DNA of 64,000 nucleotides. It comes from Trypanosoma brucei. Lineage: Eukaryota. Of this stretch, positions 52,287 through 62,836 are shown one piece after another (positions within the stretch are counted from its first letter, which is position 1; each line of letters starts with the position of its first letter). A program made the translations under genes and the position numbers. The DNA is taken from the NCBI GenBank assembly GCA_000002445.1, contig CM000207.1, forward strand, positions 448,001 through 512,000, written 5' to 3'. The notes beneath the pieces were generated by a model that worked only from the letters and a program-made list of their open reading frames with translations, was not told where the DNA came from and did no database searches.

Positions 52287-53306
52287 TGGTTCTTCAGAAA
52301 TAGTCCACGTCGAGCAGGGGTCAATACCTCCTTCCGAGGTGACAGTGGGAGGCACAAACGTCACAATCTAATTAAACCCCTCCCACGAATATTTTATGTA
52401 TATAGTTGTCTGAGCGCTTGCGCCACCGCCCGTTAACGTTAACTCTCTATAGGGTATTCCTGTTGTTTCCCGTAGTTTTTTTTTCTTGACCAGCTCCTAA
52501 ATCCTCTTCAGTGACGCGTCGAACTGAGTCCCAAGAAGCACAGACGCACCCCAGAATAAAAATAATTCTAAGGGAAAGAAGAAAAGGTGGACTAGGGTAA
52601 TTTTACATGATGTTATTCGGACAACTTCTGTCAATCAAAGCAATATTTAGAAAACAAAAACAAAAACAACCGTACATGCATGTGTATGTTACTTTTATAC
52701 GCAACTTTCCTTCCCCTCCCCACACACGTTCCCCAACACCTAAGGTCAAAGCACCACAGCGAATGGGAGGTGTCATGTCTGGGAAGGAGGTCCTCCCCAA
52801 CGGAGGGGAGAAGGAGAAGGGGGAAAAGAGTTCCATGAGAGCAGAAAAGAAAACAAAGAAACTGAACGGCGTCCCATAGGCATGTGCGACGCCTCATCAC
52901 AGCGTGTCTCTGTGTGTGTGTGTGTGAAGGGAGGGGTAAAAATGGAAGAACAATCACAAAGTCCATACACAAGGGCAGCCAATGTTTCTTCATTCCAACA
53001 GGAAACCACCAAGAAACCCGTCCGACTGCTCACGTAAAAAATTGTTTTTTAAAAAAATCAAAAAGCATTAAAAGGGAGGAAAACACACACCCTAAACACG
53101 TCCCTGCGTGCGGTTTACTCCATGGCCTTCCCACATATTTTCCTTCGTTCCTCTTGTCTTCATCTGCCCCATTTCCTTCCAACCACTCCACACACGGAAT
53201 CACGGAATGTCTCCACACCAACAGAGAAAAGAGGAGAGAATCAGCAAAAACGACAAAAAGATGTTTAGGACACCATCAAGATAACACAATAACCCCCAAA
53301 AGTAAC

Positions 53307-54677
53307 TCACCAATACTTATGTGACTCTTTCATTCTCATTTTTTCCCTCTTAAAGGGGCATTCCTCAGGCAGCATAGTGAACACCGACTGCGATGACAAC
53401 GATCCCTGCACGACTGAGCATCCTTGCTCTGTGGTTCTCTTGATGTTTCGCCCATGTTCGCCCTCGTCCTCGTCATCTTCCTCCTCTTCGTCATCTGAGT
53501 TCACGATGAAGCCAGAAAGGCTCGTATCTGAATCATCATCAGCTGCCATCAGCCGTTCCTCAGTGGATGTGGATGAGCGCAAGCTTGTGGTGTCGCTGTC
53601 CATTCCCATCTCGCGGCAACACACCTTACAGTAGCCGATTTCCGACTCATACTTTGGCCCGCCACAAGCCTCATGGCGCAGAACGTTGCACCGAACGCAC
53701 TGGAACAGCGAGCCACCTTCTCCACACTCAGCGCAAACCACCTCGATTGCTCCGTTAGTTTGTGAAGCCTTCACCGCTTCTTCCACCGATAACACAAAAA
53801 CAGAGCCAGATGTACCACTGTTATGAGGGGGCGAATCGTATGGAGTTACCAAATCCACGATTTCGCAGTCACCGTGACGCCTCGTTTCGTCATCGTCGTT
53901 TGTTTTACCATTTAGTGTTCCTCCTTCTGCGTACTGCGTCTGAGTTCCGTTTCGACTTGTGGCGGAAGGAGAATCATGACATTGCTCAGTGGCAGAACTC
54001 TGCACATGGTGTGATCGCCTCACATGAGCCTCATCGCCATCACCGGCTACGCCAGTTCCATTTCTGTTCTCGTAACTTTCAACAGCGCTAGCGGCAATGG
54101 TGCCGGAGGCGGCATCGACTGACGCTAGTGCGAGAAGTTTTTCACCCATTTGACGCACAGCGTCCTTCATGGAGGAATGCCTCTCGTAGGACCTGTCGAA
54201 TTTCATCTGCTCCCTATTAAGAAGGCGAAGGAGGATCCTTTCTCCTTTACTAAGTTTTATGCATGTATTTTGTTGAAACAAATTCGACAGAAACTTATCA
54301 ATATCAGCGGGGACCTCCCGGCGCCACGGGGCCGGTTCCAACAACCTCAGGGAGCCCTCCTGAGCTTCAGCACCGCCGTCATCGGCTTCACCTTCCTCTC
54401 TCTTCCTCTTCTTTTTCTTCCTCCTACCTTCCTCCTCGAAATTGCTGTCGCATTCCTTGAATGTTTCAGCCGCTTCTTCTCGGTTAAATTGTTTGAGAAA
54501 CGATGGTGGGAAGGCGCGCTTAAGTGCGGGAAGAACTCCTTCCAACCACCGAAAGGCGCCCTCATGGTCTTGCGAATTACGCGGTGTTTCACAACTTCCA
54601 CCGCTTACAACGTAGAGATGGTAAACACTCGCGACGGCACGCCACTGTTTAGGTGTCAGTTCTAACAAATCACCCAT
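53307..54677 (-). CDS. PHD-finger protein (456 aa) with an acidic tract
   Basis: ATG verified at 54677-54675. C4HC3 pattern CAECGEGGSLFQCVRCNVLRHEACGGPKYESEIGYCKVCC (C-x2-C-x8-C-x2-C-x4-H-x2-C-x11-C-x2-C). Poly-acidic DDEEEEDDEDEGE and a K/R-rich stretch. Confidence 0.6.
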   Translation of the reverse strand: MGDLLELTPKQWRAVASVYHLYVVSGGSCETPRNSQDHEGAFRWLEGVLPALKRAFPPSFLKQFNREEAAETFKECDSNFEEEGRRKKKKRKREEGEADDGGAEAQEGSLRLLEPAPWRREVPADIDKFLSNLFQQNTCIKLSKGERILLRLLNREQMKFDRSYERHSSMKDAVRQMGEKLLALASVDAASGTIAASAVESYENRNGTGVAGDGDEAHVRRSHHVQSSATEQCHDSPSATSRNGTQTQYAEGGTLNGKTNDDDETRRHGDCEIVDLVTPYDSPPHNSGTSGSVFVLSVEEAVKASQTNGAIEVVCAECGEGGSLFQCVRCNVLRHEACGGPKYESEIGYCKVCCREMGMDSDTTSLRSSTSTEERLMAADDDSDTSLSGFIVNSDDEEEEDDEDEGEHGRNIKRTTEQGCSVVQGSLSSQSVFTMLPEECPFKREKMRMKESHKYW

Positions 54678-55030
54678 ATTTATATAGATATCTATGTATG
54701 TTTATCTATTTACTCTTTTTTTAAAAAAAATCTGTTAACTTTGTAATGTGTGATGTTTCCCCCCTCAACTTTTTTTTCGAACGCTTTGCAAAACCGGGAC
54801 TAAAAGATTATATAAAAAAGCTACACACACGACACGCACACGTCTGCGCGCGCGCAAATGCACAATACGAAAACGTGCTTTATGCGTGTACTTTGCAATG
54901 TGTTGCAACTAAAAGGAAAAAAAAGAGAGGTAGTAAGGGGAAGTACAGAGTGACAAGTAACACAGAAACTAGTATAGATTATACTCAATTGCATCTATGT
55001 GCGCAAACACTCGGTACTACCAATACGCAA

Positions 55031-55049
55031 ATATATATATATATATATG
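55031..55049. repeat. (TA)n microsatellite, ~9 units
   Basis: Direct read; intergenic. Confidence 0.8.
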
Positions 55050-56244
55050 AGCTGTGACTTCGTTTCTGCAAACAACGAAGTTGTCAGCATGCCATTATAC
55101 ACGACAGATAAAGAAATCAGAGAAAGAAAAGCAGAAATAAGGGTTAACAAATTGTTTGCTTCGCTTTCTCTTCACCGCCCTATTGAAGTTTTATTAATAT
55201 AATTATCTTTTTCCACGGGTTTCTCCCCCCCCCCAAAAAAAAAGGAAAAGGGGATTAAAAACACTCCTCCACCGTGGTGCAGCCACCGCACAAAAATATC
55301 TCCATCGCACAGCATTGCTTAAGTTGTTAAGAAGAAATTATTTGGTACTCCACAGTAATGAGTGGCCACACGGGGTTTTCATCCTTACATACAGTCTACA
55401 TTTGCATTTTTGGTTAGCGGAGCACCTAAACTCAGCATTTAAGAGAAGGCTGTTCAAATACGCTTAAGTGTGCATACATGTGTATCGGATTTGCACTCTG
55501 TTGAACAAACAAAAGGGGTAAAAACTCTCGAAAAGACGAAGCAAATGCGGATTTGAAACACAAGTTCTGCAGGCATTATAAAACATTCAGTGTGGTGTTG
55601 TGGTTTCGCTCCCTACCACATCCGTCATGTTAGTCGAGCGTACGCTAAAACCCTCAGCAACGCTGGAGGCGTAAATCAGTAAAATAAGTGGAAGAAAATC
55701 CAACATGAAGTCCCGGAGAAGAAGCATTGATCGGTAACGAAGATAGAAAGAGAGAGAAAAAAATGCTTTAGGAAGACAAAAAACAAAAAGAAAAAATAGC
55801 CTTCTATTTTCGTTTATTTTTACCGATACGTTTTCTAGCGGTACTTCCAACTCCCGCCACATTCCTTTTTTTTAAAAAAAGTCTTATATAGCACAGTATG
55901 AATAAGCGACTCGGTTGGTCGGAGGCCCTGGGAAAATGAAGGCAGCGTGGGGGAAACTTTGTTGGAAATAGCGCCCCAAAAGAAGTTTAACAAAAAATAA
56001 CGCACATGTATTTGGTCGCTTATCCGCAACTGGAAGTCATGCGCGGGAGTTCACACAACCATGTGGTGAGGTTTAACACGTATTAACAAATAAACAAATC
56101 CAAGTACCTATTCGTTGATGAGTACACGTAAAGACGATACAGCGGAGCTGACTGACACAAGACGGTACTTCTGACTATTTTTTATAAGCCGAAACATCAT
56201 TCAAGAGCAAATCTCCACGTTTGTTAGCCAAAGTGCTTCACCCC

Positions 56245-57348
56245 TCAGCGGCGCCGCCACACGGTGCAATGAGCAACCCCCAACTGGTAGCGACGAACAT
56301 GATCACGAATAAGAAATGCCTCATCTGTTTCACTGAGAAGATCAAAGTTCGCTCCCAATATTTCCTTCACCAATATTTCACTCGTTGACCCTTCTGCCCT
56401 TCCACCAACCCACGTATCCCGCTCCTCTACCGAACCCTCCCATGAATATGGTGAGGAGATCACGAGGATGCCACCAGAAACGAGCAGCAGCGGCAGCATA
56501 TCCAACAGCTTGCGAGGGTTGGGAACGCGACAGAGCAGATTCGCAACAAGCACAGCGTCAAAGCGCTCTCCTGAAGGAACACGGTACCATGAAGTTATAT
56601 CTTCATCATTTGTATCACCATGGTGGACGGGAGGCACAATATGACCTCTGCCATCATCGCCATCCGAATCAAGAAGATTCATTGCGTCGCCCCGATAGAA
56701 ACGGCACCGTTGAGGAACCGCCCCATCCGGTAGACATGCAGTGCGCTCCACTGTAATATCACCCTGCAAAGGGGCCTCATATTTGATTGGCTGTATGTTT
56801 GGGTTCAGCGCGCTTTGCACGACATTTCTCGCCATTTTGATGAATGCCACAGAGTAATCAATCCCGACAACCCGGCTGAAATATTTACTCATCTCCAGAG
56901 AGGAAGCACCAACCGCACACCCCAAATCAAGAGCACGTCTTTCCTTTCCATCATTAGCAGGCACAAATTCATGAAACTTGCGAGCGACTCGGATGGGATA
57001 ATCAAAGCTCTCAGATATCATACGAAGGTTTTGCGCAAAGCTTTCCGACGAGAGGGTGTAGTGAAACTCCATGTATTGCCGCACACTTGCATCACTTTCG
57101 TAAACGTTCGCCGGTTCTGAGGGACGACAGAGCGCCCAATGGGGAAACCACTTTCCAAAAAACCCAAACAGTTTACGAAGCACCCAAACCCCATCCGTCC
57201 AAGATAGGAACTTGTAGCGACAGCGCAGGAAGTGATCAAAAACGTCACGAAAGGCATATGTCGCTGCGGAGGAAACGACAGCCGTAAAAATGACACTACC
57301 CACTAAACATCTCGTCTCGGGAGCGGTACATTTGCACAACGCCAGCAT
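56245..57348 (-). CDS. Class I SAM-dependent methyltransferase (367 aa)
   Basis: ATG verified at 57348-57346. Motif I ALDLGCAVGASSLEM, followed by VVGIDYSVAFIKMARN and a later DAVLVANLL post-motif. Typical Rossmann-fold MTase layout. Confidence 0.7.
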   Translation of the reverse strand: MLALCKCTAPETRCLVGSVIFTAVVSSAATYAFRDVFDHFLRCRYKFLSWTDGVWVLRKLFGFFGKWFPHWALCRPSEPANVYESDASVRQYMEFHYTLSSESFAQNLRMISESFDYPIRVARKFHEFVPANDGKERRALDLGCAVGASSLEMSKYFSRVVGIDYSVAFIKMARNVVQSALNPNIQPIKYEAPLQGDITVERTACLPDGAVPQRCRFYRGDAMNLLDSDGDDGRGHIVPPVHHGDTNDEDITSWYRVPSGERFDAVLVANLLCRVPNPRKLLDMLPLLLVSGGILVISSPYSWEGSVEERDTWVGGRAEGSTSEILVKEILGANFDLLSETDEAFLIRDHVRRYQLGVAHCTVWRRR

Positions 57349-57462
57349 AACACAATAAGTTTGGAACCAATGAAAATAAAACTAGAAAATTCAACCTCAC
57401 TGTACGTGCAGTCAAGGAAGAAAAAGCAGGAAAACTGAGCACGGCATCACATTATTCACAAG

Positions 57463-57824
57463 TAGACACCGAAAAAAAAAAAGCAGTATAGAATACACGA
57501 CCCATAAGGCATCATTCAAAGGGGTTGTCAGATTGCTGAAAAAGGGAAATGAAGAGAAAATAATATAACATGGATATACACACAAAACAACAACAACATT
57601 AAAAACACCACAAAGGCCGAATCGAACGGCTGCGAGTCCAACTCGCCTACGGGTTTGAAGCCCGCACCCAGCACCAGCTGAGCTCATCGTGGCGCAACTT
57701 TTTCTTCCATCATCGGATTGAAATTCCATACTCGTGTCATACAGTCGCGTTTTGGGTGGTGACAAGTAACATTTCTCCTTCTCATTCCTTTAAATCCTTT
57801 TTCTTCATCTTTTAGTTGCAAGAA
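57463..57824 (-). repeat. 362-bp direct repeat, copy 1, containing a tRNA-Sec gene
   Basis: Matches 61300-61661 from tagacaccgaaaaaaaaaaagcagtatag through ttagttgcaagaa. Sequence diverges immediately outside both ends. Confidence 0.9.
57606..57693 (-). tRNA. Selenocysteine tRNA (anticodon UCA), copy 1
   Basis: Minus strand gccacgatgagctcagctggtgctgggtgcgggcttcaaacccgtaggcgagttggactcgcagccgttcgattcggcctttgtggtg. Folds with a 9-bp acceptor and 4-bp T stem (the eukaryotic tRNA-Sec 9/4 architecture). Anticodon stem gcggg/cccgt with loop cuUCAaa, identical to the human tRNA-Sec loop. 5-bp variable-arm stem, T-loop gttcgattc, discriminator g, followed by T5. Confidence 0.85.
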
Positions 57825-58181
57825 AAAAACAATAGGTTGGAAGAAAACAACAGAAGAGACAATACTTTGGTTGCGTGGAAGTTAGAGTGACTTGTCAAAG
57901 AAAAAATAAGCGTACCACTGGCCAATGGCCCTCCGGCGCGTAGCGGATACCACATCCGCAACACATGCTTATGCCAAGGGATCGTTAGCAGTATCAACAA
58001 TGGAACAGAAGGAAAGCAAATGAGTATATAAAGTAAAGAAGAAAAAAACAGTGGAGATGCGCCACCTCTGCCAGCTTGCACCTCTAAGGACTATGAGAGA
58101 GAAAGAGGGGAAAAGCGTCAGTGCGAAGAGTGGCTAAGCAAAACGCAGCAGAAGTTATAACTGTGAATAAAAATCGTGCCA

Positions 58182-61100
58182 TCACCACCTACGGTGGGCA
58201 CTGCATCGATAGACTGAGGAAGAACACTGAGACACGGCACGAGCACGCGGCCGTGATTGAAGAATTAAGGCACCCTCCGTTCTGAAACATATATCTGACA
58301 CAAGTTTGTTGACTCGAGCCCGGATTTCCGTACCGTCATCAAGCGTCTCCCTCATAAATTGAGCACATTCACAAGGTGATGGGACTGGGCTTACACACAG
58401 CCACCGTGTGATACGATTTGGTGGGATTGCCCAATGCTGTGCACATTCTTTTATCTCCTCCTCTTCCTTGTGAAGAAGCCTAAACTCTGCATCGTCAAGT
58501 GCTTCCAGCCACTTGTCCATACACCCCTCCAGTTTGGTTGTTGAAGGTCCCACATCCCCAATATGGTTATCATAAGGAACATCTTCACAATCGGTAGTTG
58601 TCGCATCACCGTGCTGAGAGCGACGATGCGCATCCACGAGGTTCGCCCGCCAGTGCATGAAAACGGTATGAACATCACCTGTGATTGTTGTAATGCGATT
58701 CGGCGGAGCGGGAGACGGTATGGCCAACGGCACAGCAGAGACATACTCAACAATAAAACACCGCTCCCCGGCACCGGCGAAATAGTTGTGGCTCCAGCTC
58801 ACCCACGGTAAGGGACTCAACGTGTTGCCACACGCCGTCGCGGTATCGGTTTCCCCGTCAAGGCGATCCTCCAACCACGTGTTGACAGCCGAAACCAACA
58901 TCTCCATTGCGCAGTGTGCAGCTTCCTCCTCGTCCAGAATGTCCTCGTCGTCCTCGATAAGAGAGGGCAGGTAGACCTTATCGACGCGTGCGCTAGCACT
59001 CAGTCTTAATTGTGAATGGATGAAGAAATTGGTGTTCAGGCCGCGTGCTTCTAGCTCTTCGAGCAGTGGCCCGTTGTCGCCAACAGTCTGGAAAGCAATG
59101 TCATATTCTTGCATCTGTAAGAAAACCCGCTCTACAAAACACAAGGTCTTCGGCATGTACATCGGTAGCTTCCGATGGCTTTCATGGTCAGTAGTGCTTT
59201 GCACAGAAACGATGGGATCGACTGGTGTGTCGTACGCACGCAAGTTGCCTAGCGCTGTGAGGATATGTTCAAGAAGTGAAGTGGTTTGGGCGTTCCCCCG
59301 CCGCTCCAGCATATCTCCAGAAACATCGACGCTCCACCAGTGAACGACGTTATGGGGGAGGTAACGCCCATTATCTATTGGTAGAACACTTGGTGTCATG
59401 GTGCGACCTAGTAACGCCGCCTCTTCCTCATCTTCCTCCTCTTCCTCATCGCTGTCACCCAAGCACACGTCCAACAGCACATCTTCTTTTCCCTCGACAA
59501 TGCGCTTAACAGAGGCTTCCACCGACTTCTCCCACCATGGCATGCGTAAAGAAAAAATGGGGGACTCAAGAAGCAATTTCTTGGCAGTAGGTCGTTCCGC
59601 CGGGTCTACTGCCATCATCCTGTCAATGCAATGCAAGAACTCTGCCGAAAGATTTCGTGCCCGCAGTGCCCTTGCCATTAGCTGAACACTTGGTGTGAGA
59701 ACCCATGGAGGCCACTGAGTTGTGCTTGTCACTCCCTCCTTTGTTTCATCCCCACTCAAGGAGGTATACCGGGTGTACTGTGTGCCACTGATGCGGTCGG
59801 TAGCGATGATGTTACCATCCTCTTTGTCCACCCCTACGCTGTGCTCACCACAAATACTCTCCTCGTGGCACCCGCGTCGAGCAGCAAGCTCCCGTATAGA
59901 GATTTGAAGCGCCTTGTCGTCTACAAGTGGAATCACCGCCAGTGTTGCCAGCGGTGGGTAGTCACCTCGCGCAACCCAAAGACGTGCTGCAACTGTGGCA
60001 TTACTTTCGGACTCCGTTGGTGACATAAAGGATGGAATCATACCGTTAAAAGTAACTGTCAACATGCCCTCATCCATTCCTAGACCCCCTCCAGTTAGAA
60101 ACACGTAGAAAAGCGCAGCTGCACTCCAAATATCAGACGCGTACGAGTACGGGCACCGGTGCCGATATCCCCAATATCGCGCAATTTCCGGCGGTAAGTA
60201 GGCGCAAGATCCAACCACTGTACGCTCAGTTTGGGAGTCCGAATCTGTTACCTTAGTTGCAATACCGAAGTCAGCAAGGATCAACTCGACGTTGCTTTCC
60301 CAGTTGGTGGGGGAGACCCTGTTGCGGAGGAGTATGTTGGATGGTTTGATGTCTCTGTGCAGTAACCCGTTTCCGTGCAAGCACGCGAGCCCGCTTAGTA
60401 TCTGTGACATCCAGCATACGAGATGTTCCTCAGCTATGTAAGAGCCATACAGTTTGAGCAGTTCCCCGAAGGTGCCGCCGATCCCCACCTCAACGACCAT
60501 GTGCACGGAAGTCGGTGCTGCCACTGTGCGAGGAGATGATGTTGGCATACAGTCGGTACCGTATAATGGATCGTGTTCCACAAAAACACCATAAAAACGT
60601 TCGAGCCGGGGATGTCGAGGAAGCGTGGCAATGACTTGGGCTTCACGTAAAAGGTTGCACAACATGGGGCAGTGGTTTAACACTGCACAACCAACACCAC
60701 TTGGTGTCAGGTGCAATTCATTCATTGCACCTTCACGACCGCAAACACTCGATAGCAGCATGATCGGAGAAGGAAGTTGCGTGAAACTTTTCGCAGCAAA
60801 GAAACGAGTGGGCCGTAGACGGCTCTGCAACACGGTCACAGAGCTAAAGCTCCCGGTGCCTAACTTCAAAACAGTGTTAAAAAGGCAATCGATGGAATAA
60901 CTGCTGTTGAAGATGATACCGTCAATGTCGTCTCCCTCACCCCAATCACCAGTGGCTTCCCCACACGAGGCACAAGCGTGTTGTCCAGACCGAAAACCAC
61001 TGCTTCCCCCGGATAGCAGGCGATCCACGGGGTACTCGTGCAGTGACGATTTTGAACCCGAGCCCAATAGTGGAAAACGCAACCCCCCATTGGGTCCAAC

Positions 61101-61196
61101 CGTTCGCTTTACGAGATCATCACACCAGGAGAGGGGGACACCATCAAGAATATGCGAGGGAGGGAACAAAATGTTGACAGTCAGATACTCCTCCAT
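58182..61196 (-). CDS. Serine/threonine protein kinase (1004 aa) with a long C-terminal extension
   Basis: ATG verified at 61196-61194. Gly-loop LGTGSFSSV, FFAAKSF (AxK), HRD LLHRDIKPSNILL, DFG LADFGIATKV, APE CAYLPPEIA, subdomain IX SDIWSAAALFYVFLTGG. Acidic DSDEEEEEDEEE in the C-terminal region. Confidence 0.85.
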   Translation of the reverse strand: MEEYLTVNILFPPSHILDGVPLSWCDDLVKRTVGPNGGLRFPLLGSGSKSSLHEYPVDRLLSGGSSGFRSGQHACASCGEATGDWGEGDDIDGIIFNSSYSIDCLFNTVLKLGTGSFSSVTVLQSRLRPTRFFAAKSFTQLPSPIMLLSSVCGREGAMNELHLTPSGVGCAVLNHCPMLCNLLREAQVIATLPRHPRLERFYGVFVEHDPLYGTDCMPTSSPRTVAAPTSVHMVVEVGIGGTFGELLKLYGSYIAEEHLVCWMSQILSGLACLHGNGLLHRDIKPSNILLRNRVSPTNWESNVELILADFGIATKVTDSDSQTERTVVGSCAYLPPEIARYWGYRHRCPYSYASDIWSAAALFYVFLTGGGLGMDEGMLTVTFNGMIPSFMSPTESESNATVAARLWVARGDYPPLATLAVIPLVDDKALQISIRELAARRGCHEESICGEHSVGVDKEDGNIIATDRISGTQYTRYTSLSGDETKEGVTSTTQWPPWVLTPSVQLMARALRARNLSAEFLHCIDRMMAVDPAERPTAKKLLLESPIFSLRMPWWEKSVEASVKRIVEGKEDVLLDVCLGDSDEEEEEDEEEAALLGRTMTPSVLPIDNGRYLPHNVVHWWSVDVSGDMLERRGNAQTTSLLEHILTALGNLRAYDTPVDPIVSVQSTTDHESHRKLPMYMPKTLCFVERVFLQMQEYDIAFQTVGDNGPLLEELEARGLNTNFFIHSQLRLSASARVDKVYLPSLIEDDEDILDEEEAAHCAMEMLVSAVNTWLEDRLDGETDTATACGNTLSPLPWVSWSHNYFAGAGERCFIVEYVSAVPLAIPSPAPPNRITTITGDVHTVFMHWRANLVDAHRRSQHGDATTTDCEDVPYDNHIGDVGPSTTKLEGCMDKWLEALDDAEFRLLHKEEEEIKECAQHWAIPPNRITRWLCVSPVPSPCECAQFMRETLDDGTEIRARVNKLVSDICFRTEGALILQSRPRARAVSQCSSSVYRCSAHRRW

Positions 61197-61299
61197 GTAC
61201 AGAAATTGCTACGTGAAGGGGGTAAAGGGGAAAAAAAAACGAGAGGTTTCGGTGGTAGCGAATTCTTAATAGTGTGGTGTTGTACAATGAGATTAAAAA

Positions 61300-61661
61300 T
61301 AGACACCGAAAAAAAAAAAGCAGTATAGAATACACGACCCATAAGGCATCATTCAAAGGGGTTGTCAGATTGCTGAAAAAGGGAAATGAAGAGAAAATAA
61401 TATAACATGGATATACACACAAAACAACAACAACATTAAAAACACCACAAAGGCCGAATCGAACGGCTGCGAGTCCAACTCGCCTACGGGTTTGAAGCCC
61501 GCACCCAGCACCAGCTGAGCTCATCGTGGCGCAACTTTTTCTTCCATCATCGGATTGAAATTCCATACTCGTGTCATACAGTCGCGTTTTGGGTGGTGAC
61601 AAGTAACATTTCTCCTTCTCATTCCTTTAAATCCTTTTTCTTCATCTTTTAGTTGCAAGAA
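61300..61661 (-). repeat. 362-bp direct repeat, copy 2, containing a tRNA-Sec gene
   Basis: Near-identical to 57463-57824. Lies ~100 nt upstream of the kinase ATG at 61196. Confidence 0.9.
61443..61530 (-). tRNA. Selenocysteine tRNA (anticodon UCA), copy 2
   Basis: Sequence and fold identical to copy 1. Followed by a T5 run on the minus strand (aaaaa at 61438-61442 on plus). Confidence 0.85.
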
Positions 61662-62836
61662 CAGGTTGAGGCATGATAGCGTGTTGTACTGTATCCCACG
61701 TTCCGTCTAATGTGAAAAGAACAAATGTAAGAGTGCCTCGCAGAGAACTCATGGCACGGTCATACTCGTTGCCTTTGATGAATCATACATGAGTGTACCC
61801 TTTTGTACATTAATTTATTTTTTTTTCTAAGCGGGTATCTCATCCCTCAAGTGAAGTTACTAAAAGTTGCTTGGGTGTGAACTCAGTTTCGAGATGACTG
61901 AGAATCCAACTTGGCATACGGTGGCCACGGAGCGATGAGGCACATTCACCATCTGTGGACCCCATCCCTTCAAGAGTTTCGTAGGACTGTATATATGGGT
62001 CACTTAAATACGACCTCTACGAAAACAACTTGGACACGGGACAAAACAAAAAACAAAGAGCAAAGAAAGAAAGAAAGAGGAGAACCAAGAGGGAAAAGGA
62101 GCGGGTGAATGAAGTGATGGATTGATTGAATTGAAGGATGACAGCAAACACGCAATAATAGTGAGTGCGCCATACAACAAAATGAAGAAATTGAGAAGAG
62201 GGATGGTGGGAGGAAAAAAGAAAAGAACGTTTTCATTCAATAGTCAACGAAAAGGCCAACAGAAAATGGAAGGGATTCGGAGTCACTTTTCTCGCACCGC
62301 CTCCCATACCGCTGGAACGGTTCAATTACGAAGGGCAGCGGTAACACGAGGAAAAAGCAGGTGGAAAGAAAAACATTTTTGACCGCTCATAGCGCTAAGA
62401 AAAAAAAAAAGTGACCTCTCCAACAAGCTGCAAACCCCCACAACCGACAGGGGTAGTCACTGCAATGCCCTCCCTTCCCCCCCCCCCCAGGAACACGCTT
62501 ACATTTGCTTTGCTTTTCGTTTCTTTTTGATAGGTATGTCATCGATGCTGTACCTGACGCTATATTTGCACTACTAATACGTATACAAAAATACATACAT
62601 ACTCATTTACTTATAGTTAGTTGCACCATTTTGGCACTTGAAAAGCCACTCCCTCGACCGTTAATGCCAGCACAGAAGGTGCATAATGTATGTGTAAAAT
62701 AGTACCTTATAAAACAAATACGAAAACACGCGCGCGCGAGTAAAGGCAAAGGAGTTAGGGTGCGATGCTGTACGAGGAAGCACCACTCTATTTCTTTAAC
62801 TTTTTCCTCTAGTTCCCGGAAAGAACAGTGCTCGAA

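Noticed and set aside
57412-57765. Identical 117/152-aa ORFs (MSPPKTRLYDTSMEFQSDDGRK...) at 57412-57765 and 61144-61602
   Set aside because: They are translations across the tRNA-Sec genes and their shared 362-bp repeat. Their identity reflects the DNA duplication, not a conserved protein.
57463-61661. The 362-bp repeats as a retroposon (RIME/ingi-like) or LTR pair
   Set aside because: No reverse-transcriptase or other element-encoded ORF, no target-site duplication, and no terminal poly(A) was discernible. The internal A11 run is near the 5' end. The content is a tRNA gene plus flanks, which fits better as a segmental duplication.
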